Of a DNA stretch of 45,936 nt, positions 39,402-45,936 are shown one piece after another. The notes beneath the pieces were generated by a model. That model worked only from the letters and a program-made list of their open reading frames with translations, did no database searches and was not told the DNA's origin. Location: assembly GCA_000934665.2 (NCBI GenBank), contig KZ538206.1, forward strand, positions 62,001-107,936. The letters run 5' to 3'. Numbering within the stretch: position 1 is the first letter of the stretch; every line of letters begins with the position of its first letter. Position numbers and translations under genes: made by a program. Origin of the DNA: Catajapyx aquilonaris (lineage: Eukaryota).

Positions 39402-39690
39402 CAACATAATGCAATTAAAATATGAAAACAAAATAATGAATAAATATGAAAACAAAATAGTGAAATAAATAAATGAACCAATAAGAAAATGAACTAATAA
39501 GCATAAATCAACTAACAAAAATATAAGTAAACAAATACATATTATAATGCATAGGCCTATTAAATTTAAAAGATATGCAATCCCTGCCAGTAATGAAATC
39601 ATACAACTCTAATGTGTATGCTGAAATTTAAAATGCAGTGAGTCTCAGGTGCAAAAAAAAATGCTTTAATTACGAATACTGTTACCATCT

Positions 39691-39696
39691 TTTATT
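39691..39696 (-). terminator. Probable polyadenylation signal of the NSMCE2-like gene
   Basis: AATAAA on the minus strand about 100 nt past the stop codon. Confidence 0.5.
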
Positions 39697-39796
39697 TGAA
39701 AGTTGCACACATTCCTGCTGAAATTGTTCTCAGGACAATAAGGCACCAAAAGAAATGTAACAGATAATTGTCACTTGAACAATGATTGCAGATCAG

Positions 39797-41272
39797 CTAC
39801 TTCTGAGAGGCGGCTCTGGCCTTGGCCTTGCGGATGGCCTTGGCCGTGGCTTGATCTTCGACCAGATCCCGCTGGTTGATGGGGCGCTTGTTGGAGCAGC
39901 CTACAATGGGGCACCTCACGGACGTCGATCCCTGGATGAGCGCAATCATGGCCGCCTTCCCGTACACATGGCCGCACCTGGTGTTCTTCACAGGGTCAGA
40001 CAGGGGGAGCTTGGTGATCGGGTCTAGTGGCAGGGTGTCCACAGTGCCTCTAGCGTCGTCCTCCTCTTCCTCCCCTTCGCCCTCTTCCTCCCCTTCGCCC
40101 TCTTCCTCCCCTTCGCCATCGTCCTCCCTGTCCTCTCCCACACTACTGGCAATGGCAGCCGCCACACGGTCCTCCAGGCTGTCACTAGTATCCCGCGCCA
40201 TAGCAGCAGTCACAAGCTGATGAAGCTCCTGCAAATGCAAATGCATCAGTGCGACTCCTCATTACATACGGCGTACTCCACCTTTTTGTGCTGCTCCAAG
40301 GGCTTCTCGATGTCGAAATCAGCATCCTGAGCCACCTCCCTCAGAAGCATTTGCTTGCGTGCGACCATGTCCAGAGCCTTCGCACGTTCCTTCACCTTCT
40401 CCAACTGCCCCTCATCGCCTGAAATCATAATTTCATCATGTAATTATTGTTCAATAATATCGTTTGTCCAAAGTTTGTTTGCCTGTCTGTCTAAGGTTCA
40501 TTTGTTTGTCTATACTTTGTTCATTCGCTTGTCCAGAGTTTGTTTGTTCGTTTGTCCAGTGTTAGTTAGCCCAGAGTTCATTAATTCGTTTTCCTGAGTT
40601 TTTTTTGTTCAGAGTTTGTTCGTTGGTTTATCTAAAGTTCATTTGTTTGTTTTTTTGTCCAGAGTTTGGTTGTTTGTTTGTCCCGAATTAGTTAGTTTGT
40701 CCACAGAGTCTATACATTTGGTTTCTTGAGTTTGTCCATAGTTATATTGTTTTTTTGACCCGAATTTCTTTGTTTGTCCAGCATTTGTTTGTTAGCTTGT
40801 CTAAAGTTCATTTGTTTGTTTCTTTGTCCAGCATTTATTTGTTCGTTTGTCCAGAGTTCATTGATTTGTCGTCCTGTGTTTGTTTGTCCATAGTTATGTT
40901 GTTTGCTTTTCCAGAGTTCAGTCATGATTTTGCCGGTCATTACCTGAGAATAATTCGTGCGCTTTCTCAGCAAAAGTGAGCATCTTTTCCTCCAGCTGCT
41001 TGAACAGTTTTTCCTCCTCTTCCACCTCTTTCCGCACAAAGAGCTGGGCAAAGTGCTGGGTCAACTGGCTCATTCTAGTGGCGGCTAATTAACGATTAAC
41101 GCTCTCTCTTTATTGCTCACAATCACAGCAGTACACTGTAACACAAGGAAACGCCTTATTAATCGTAATAATTAAGAAAAAATTGAGCAGAAAAATTACC
41201 GACTTCAACGTCCGCCTTCAGATGTCCACCATTTGTAAACACCGTTCCGAGCTCCAATATGGCCGCCTCCAT
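39797..41272 (-). CDS. NSMCE2: E3 SUMO-protein ligase NSE2/Mms21-like (SP-RING), about 260 aa, 4 exons
   Basis: complement join(41272-41200, 41084-40944, 40418-40282 [or 40270], 40228-39797); GT-AG introns, phases 1/1/0. A helical charged N-terminus is followed by an acidic linker and the SP-RING LDPITKLPLSDPVKNTRCGHVYGKAAMIALIQ...RCPIVGCSN...DLVED. The first exon is less certain (alternative ATG at 41073). Confidence 0.85.
40461..40920. repeat. Degenerate minisatellite (units like CCAGAGTTCATTTGTTTGTTTGT) filling NSMCE2 intron 2
   Basis: GTCCAGAGTT/GTCTAAAGTT followed by (TTTG)n recurs at roughly 25-bp spacing. Confidence 0.8.
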
Positions 41273-41738
41273 GCCTCGGCTGCAACTCCCGTTTATATTC
41301 GAACCAGCTTATAGTTTAAACTTCATGTAATATTAAAATTCATGCACTAATGAGTGTACGGTTTTACACTCATTAAACCGGATTAATTCTGCAGTAAAGT
41401 TTGGCCGCGTCTAGATGACGTCACGATTGGACGTCACCAGTCCACATTTTGTTTGTTCGAATGCCTTTTTAGTTTAAATTGCCTTTAATATTAAAATTCA
41501 TATAATAATTAGTGTATTGTGGCACTCACATTTAAAATAGTTAATTTTAAAATTAACTTTCGGAGCGTCTGTAACTGACGTCACGGCGCCACATTTGAGG
41601 CGCCAGTCCAGGTCGGGCAGGTCCTCTGGCCAGTCTCGGTTATTTGTTGGCGTCTCACCATGGCTCTCTGCAGATGCTGGGCTTTCGGAGGTTACAAGAT
41701 GGTCCATAGAGCTGGAGAGGACGCCATGCAGGGAAGCT
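41273..41738. promoter_or_regulatory. Candidate bidirectional promoter with CRE sites
   Basis: Short interval between divergent genes, with perfect TGACGTCA at 41416-41423 and 41576-41583, near-CRE GGACGTCA at 41429-41436 and ATTGG (reverse CCAAT) at 41426-41430. Confidence 0.5.
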
Positions 41739-43030
41739 ATGAAATCTGAGGTAACCAAGAATCATATATTAATAGCAACAATAACCTAATATAACTAATA
41801 TTAATTAATTAAGGGTGATGTCGAGTACAGAAGAAGTACGCTGGTCTTCAGCAACTTTCCCGTTGAGATGCAGCTGCATGTGTTTTCCTATCTGCCGCTG
41901 GAGGATCGGTTGCGTTGGTGTGTAAGGACTGGGAGAAGCTGGTGTGGGATCAGTCACTGTGGGCTGAACTCACAATGGACGCTCATGACTTCAGCGTTAA
42001 GCGAGGAAGGCAGCTGGTCACATGTGCGGACGACTGGATCAAGAAAGCACGGGCGGTGCGATGGGAGGAAACACGTGCGGACAAAGTGGCGGAGATGCTG
42101 ACGATGTCTACCAGAACTGGAGTTGCTTGCACTGAACATATGTTGGTTCGACTCATGCGATACGCTTGAGAATGTGGCCTACAGGTGAGTCGTTGCATTC
42201 GTCATTGTTGTACCGGTACTGATAGTTTCCTTACAGATGTAAGGCGTTGAAGGAGCTGAACTGTTGGCGCATCGTGATACCGCTGGAGAGTCGGCATATC
42301 CTAGACATTTTTGTTGGTTCCCCAATGCTAGAGAAGCTCGCCCTAATGTCATACTGCTATGGACTGGTGCGGCATGTGGAGCGACTGAAACTGGTCGTAA
42401 GGGACTGGCCGAAGCTGACGGACATCTGGCTGGAGTGGGGCGAAGGCGATAAGGACTTGGAGTTGGAGGTTGTGACGGCTGCAGTTGGGAAGCAGTTGCG
42501 TGTACTGCAAGTTGCAGACATTAAGAACCCAATGTCGCTTCAGCTTATCAGACATTGCCAGGTTCTTGAGGACTACTTGAGCATTATGATGATGGGCGAT
42601 ATGCCGCTATGACACCTCCAGATAGGAATCGCCACGCTGCCGATACTGAGTCGCTTGTACCTATATAGGCTGCATGACAGGCAGGACAGCCCAAGAGATC
42701 ATCACGTTATTCTTCGCTACAATGCCAGTGGTCAGATGGCTGGAGTACCTCGGACTGAGCTTGTCCAAACTTGATGACCATGCCTTGTTGGTCATTGGGT
42801 CAAGTCGCCCCCGACTAACCCGCATGACCATATCCTCCTGTTGGCTCATTACTGCAGACGGCTTGCTTCAGCTTCTTTTGAGCTGCTCGAAGCTTGAGAT
42901 TCTGAGGATTAACCATAGCGCCCAACTTACTTCATCCTCCTGCTGGGACACCATTGAGACATTGCATCCTGCCCTCTGTGTGTTTGACAACGTGGACCGG
43001 ATGGTCAAGTGGATTCCTCGCTCATGGTAA
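41739..43030 (+). pseudogene. F-box/LRR-repeat gene, unprocessed pseudogene as assembled
   Basis: Exons 41739-41750, 41814-42184 and 42237-43030 with GT-AG introns. The F-box FSNFPVEMQLHVFSYLPLEDRLR//LVCKDWEKLVWDQSLW is split by a frameshift near 41914. LRRs include CLPELELLAL, ENVAYRCKALKELNCW and RPRLTRMTISSCWLITADGL. Further frameshifts lie near 42101 and 42673, and there is an in-frame TGA at 42610-42612. Confidence 0.8.
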
Positions 43031-43065
43031 GATTTGTCGAGATGCATCTGAGACCAGCACAAGTA

Positions 43066-43846
43066 CAGGGTGGGCGAAAAGTCCCGGGACACCTGGCTTT
43101 TTTTGCCTGCAAAACAAATCTGTGCATGGAAAATATGTCGGGGATGCTGGTGTGACATCATCTGGACACTAACGGAACTGTTTGATGAGGGGAGACATCT
43201 GAGGACCCCCAACAACACCCACAGTAAGTTAACACTGTTAACAGTGCAAGATGGCAGATATGAGAGGGTTCACTGTGGAGGAGAGACTTGTGGCTACTGT
43301 GTGGGTCCACGAGAGGCCTCATACGGGAAAGAACATAACGCACACCATGCAGGATATCAGGGCTCGTTTTGGTAAGGTGCCACCAAGAAGAAGTAACTTG
43401 TTCAAGTGGGAGAAAAAAGTGTTCAGCATGGGAAATGTGAAAGACAAGAAGTGTGAAAGACACTTCCCTTGCTAAATGCTTTTTTTCTCCCACTTGAACA
43501 AGTTGTTACTTCTCGGTGGCGCCTTACCAAAACGAGCCCTGACATCCTGCATGGTGTGCGTTAGGTTATTTCCCGTATGAGGCCTCTCGTGGACCCACAC
43601 AGTAGCCACAAGACTCTCCTCCACAGTGAACCCTCTCGTATCCGCCATCTTGCACTGTTAATAGCAATAAGGTTAACAGTGTTAACTTACTGTGGGTGTG
43701 GTTGGGGGTCCTCAGATGTCTCCCCTCATCAAACAGTTCTGTCAGTGTCCAGATGATGTCACCAGCATCCCCGACACATTTTTCATGCACAGGTTTGTTT
43801 TGCAGGCAAAAAAACCCAGGTGTCCTGGGACTTTTCGCCCACCCTG
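43066..43846. mobile_element. Palindromic Tc1/mariner-superfamily element made of two inverted left ends
   Basis: TA|CAGGGTGGGCGAAAAGTCCC...GGGACTTTTCGCCCACCCTG|TA. Arms at about 43066-43439 and 43460-43846 are reverse complements, and each encodes a transposase-like HTH start (MADMRGFTVEERL...RARFGKVPPRRSNLFKWEKK, ATG 43251). Confidence 0.92.
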
Positions 43847-43988
43847 TACAAATCCAAATATAATGCTTGGTTTTATTTGAGCAATGATTAACATTTTTTT
43901 CCTGCAAGTCTTACAAGTGCGGTAAAATTATGAAGGCATCAATTCTTACCCATTGATTGTATTTCCCCCATTGACACACGAACATTAA

Positions 43989-44582
43989 CCCTGGAACCGT
44001 GCCGTGCCTGAAAGTTATGGCAACCGTGCCGTGGGGTCTTTTCGGACCCCATCCATATTTTAATTTTTATTAATTATTCTATAATACTTTTCAATGTATT
44101 GACTATATACAATCATTCTTTGAACAATGCCTAAAATGATCGCTAATTCAAAATAAACATGCACTTCCTGTTATACTGTATACTGTAAAAAAATTGGCAA
44201 AAGTTCATTGTAATTATCATTTTAATGCATTTTAATTCCGTGGGGTCGAAATAAGAATGGATCTTTGAGGACTAGACCTGCCAAGGGTAAATGTCGCATG
44301 AATTTATGCCAATTTTAAAAATATTGCATAATGCCAGTAGACCACAAAAGATTAGACTTTATTTCACATTTTACTGCTGTACAGTGAAAAAATCAAACAA
44401 AACCTTGTATGCACAGAGTAATATAATACAGACTAATATGATATGCTATGAAATACATAATTATTTAGCTTACTAATTTTAACAATTGTTAGAAGATGTG
44501 AAGATATTCGCCCCTTATAACTACCCCTCCTCTATTAAGTATGTGATGAATAATTTTTATCTTACACATGAAATATCTAGGG
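43989..44582. mobile_element. Possible degenerate piggyBac-derived element
   Basis: Left end TTAA|CCCTGGAACCGTGCCGTG with repeated AACCGTGCCGTG and a GGGGTC..GACCCC palindrome. Candidate right end TCTAGGG|TTAA has only a short match. Confidence 0.4.
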
Positions 44583-44970
44583 TTAAACACAACTAAATGC
44601 ACCCACTTAATATCGACAACAGTAATTGCAATAAATTTTAATGCAACAAAGCCGAATAACTACAATATTGTACTGCTACCGGTAAATTTTTAAAGTTCAA
44701 AACAACCTTTTCCTACTGCTGCTACATTACGCCCTACTGCTGAAGTTGCTGGGAAGTTTCATTATAGCTTACCCAGGGTGTTCCAAGTTCGTGGGTCATT
44801 TTAGTTAGGGCCTGTAGGAAATTGCGGTCGAAGCTGTTATTTTTTTTAGCAAGTTGCACCCCTAACAAGGTGTCCAATTCTATTGAAACTGCCCTGCTCC
44901 CACCTGATGGTAGATAGTAGCCTACTGAGGCGCCTGGATCGGGGCACAACTAGCTACACAAAAATAACTG

Positions 44971-45054
44971 CCATATTTGACGGCATATAAGACTCTCTTT
45001 CCCCCTCCCAAAATGGCTCAGAAATCGCCGTAAGTCTTATATGCGAATATAACG
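44971..45054. mobile_element. Tiny MITE-like inverted repeat
   Basis: Perfect 12-bp inverted repeat GCATATAAGACT (44983-44994) / AGTCTTATATGC (45033-45044) with degenerate outer ends. Confidence 0.5.
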
Positions 45055-45189
45055 TAGGCCTACAATAAAAGCTTATTTTCCTTAACCCCTTGAGCCCCAG
45101 CTATACCCACCATCACCTAGTTTTCCACTTACGAGTCCTTTGAAGATACGGACAAGATATTTTACATAAAAGGGCGAGGTCCTCTCCGT

Positions 45190-45217
45190 GATTTATTTAT
45201 TATTATTCTTCTTCTTC

Positions 45218-45298
<81 letters not shown>
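45190..45298. repeat. Compound (ATT)n/(TTC)n microsatellite
   Basis: Read directly from the sequence. Confidence 0.95.
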
Positions 45299-45844
45299 GT
45301 GTTTTTTTAAATTTTATTTTCCTGCCAGAAGTATCCTGGTGCTCCACAACCATACGCACAATCGAGGCAGAATATTCTTCGTTGGTTGGTTGATTGGGGG
45401 AGCCAAAGCAACGGAACTATCCACATGCCCATATCACCAATCGGCCCAAAAATTACGTGACGGGTCAATATTGTAGGCCAGGTATGTATATGTGAAAATC
45501 ACAAGTGGTATACCTCTTACGCATTTTCGAGTAATGCGCAATTGAATATGACCCAGGTCGAGAATGTTACGTCCATTACTGCCGCAATCTAGCAATAGCC
45601 TGTCCCACTTCCCAGTACTTTGTTACGGGAATAATAACTTGTAAGTCCGAACCAAGCATTCAATATAAATTTGCGCGTCCTTTTCCCTCACAAGTCAGTC
45701 AGAGACGCCTTATACGTAGCTTACTGTTACTCTCTGATTGAAGTTAGCTTTTAATATTATTATAAGCATGAATAAAAGAACAAAAATTAGTCACCGTCAA
45801 TCACTTTTCGGGATTTTCGAACAGTAAATGGCTTGAGCAATATA

Positions 45845-45936
45845 CAGGGTGTATCTGAACTCAGTGCCCCGACGTATATGACTGCCTTCCTAGCCACCAG
45901 AGGATCGATTTAAGTATAGGAGTCATATGTCTGGGC
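45845..45936. mobile_element. Possible end of another Tc1-type element, truncated by the window
   Basis: TA|CAGGGTG terminus as in the 43066 and 30701 elements; the partner TIR is not visible. Confidence 0.3.

Noticed and set aside
39375..39602. Hydrophobic membrane-like 75-aa ORF
   Set aside because: Product of AT-rich low-complexity sequence running into a SINE.
40229..40270. Apparent frameshift between the two NSMCE2 ORFs
   Set aside because: Explained by a short GT-AG intron that restores the frame.
40461..40920. Regularly spaced repeats resembling a CRISPR array, and the overlapping ORFs
   Set aside because: Degenerate low-complexity minisatellite without unique spacers, inside a eukaryotic intron.
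42610..42612. In-frame TGA as selenocysteine or programmed readthrough
   Set aside because: It co-occurs with three frameshifts; decay, possibly CGA to TGA, is the simpler explanation.

Overview
This is eukaryotic genomic DNA, probably from an arthropod, with small N gaps beside poly-C/G tracts. It is not prokaryotic and contains no CRISPR array or rRNA. Most of the window is a + strand Caskin-family scaffold gene. Twelve phase-consistent common exons (21821-36242) encode a Ser-rich region, tandem SAM domains, a proline-rich region, the [13 protein letters not shown] motif and the Caskin C-terminal tail. No ankyrin or SH3 exons are visible; instead, several candidate phase-1 alternative first exons (about 2.4, 5.3, 17.9-18.5 and 20.5 kb) can splice in frame into the shared acceptor at 21821. 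Downstream and convergent is a four-exon NSMCE2/Nse2-like SP-RING SUMO ligase gene on the - strand. It sits head-to-head, across a CRE-containing intergenic region, with an intron-containing F-box/LRR gene disabled by three frameshifts and a premature stop. Mobile DNA is abundant: three tRNA-headed SINEs with different bodies but related 3' tails, a deleted mariner nested in a palindromic MITE, a piggyBac-type foldback nested in another TIR element, a pogo-like MITE 7 nt from a splice donor, and a 781-bp palindrome of two inverted Tc1/mariner left ends just after the F-box stop. All calls were read by eye; no database searches were run.
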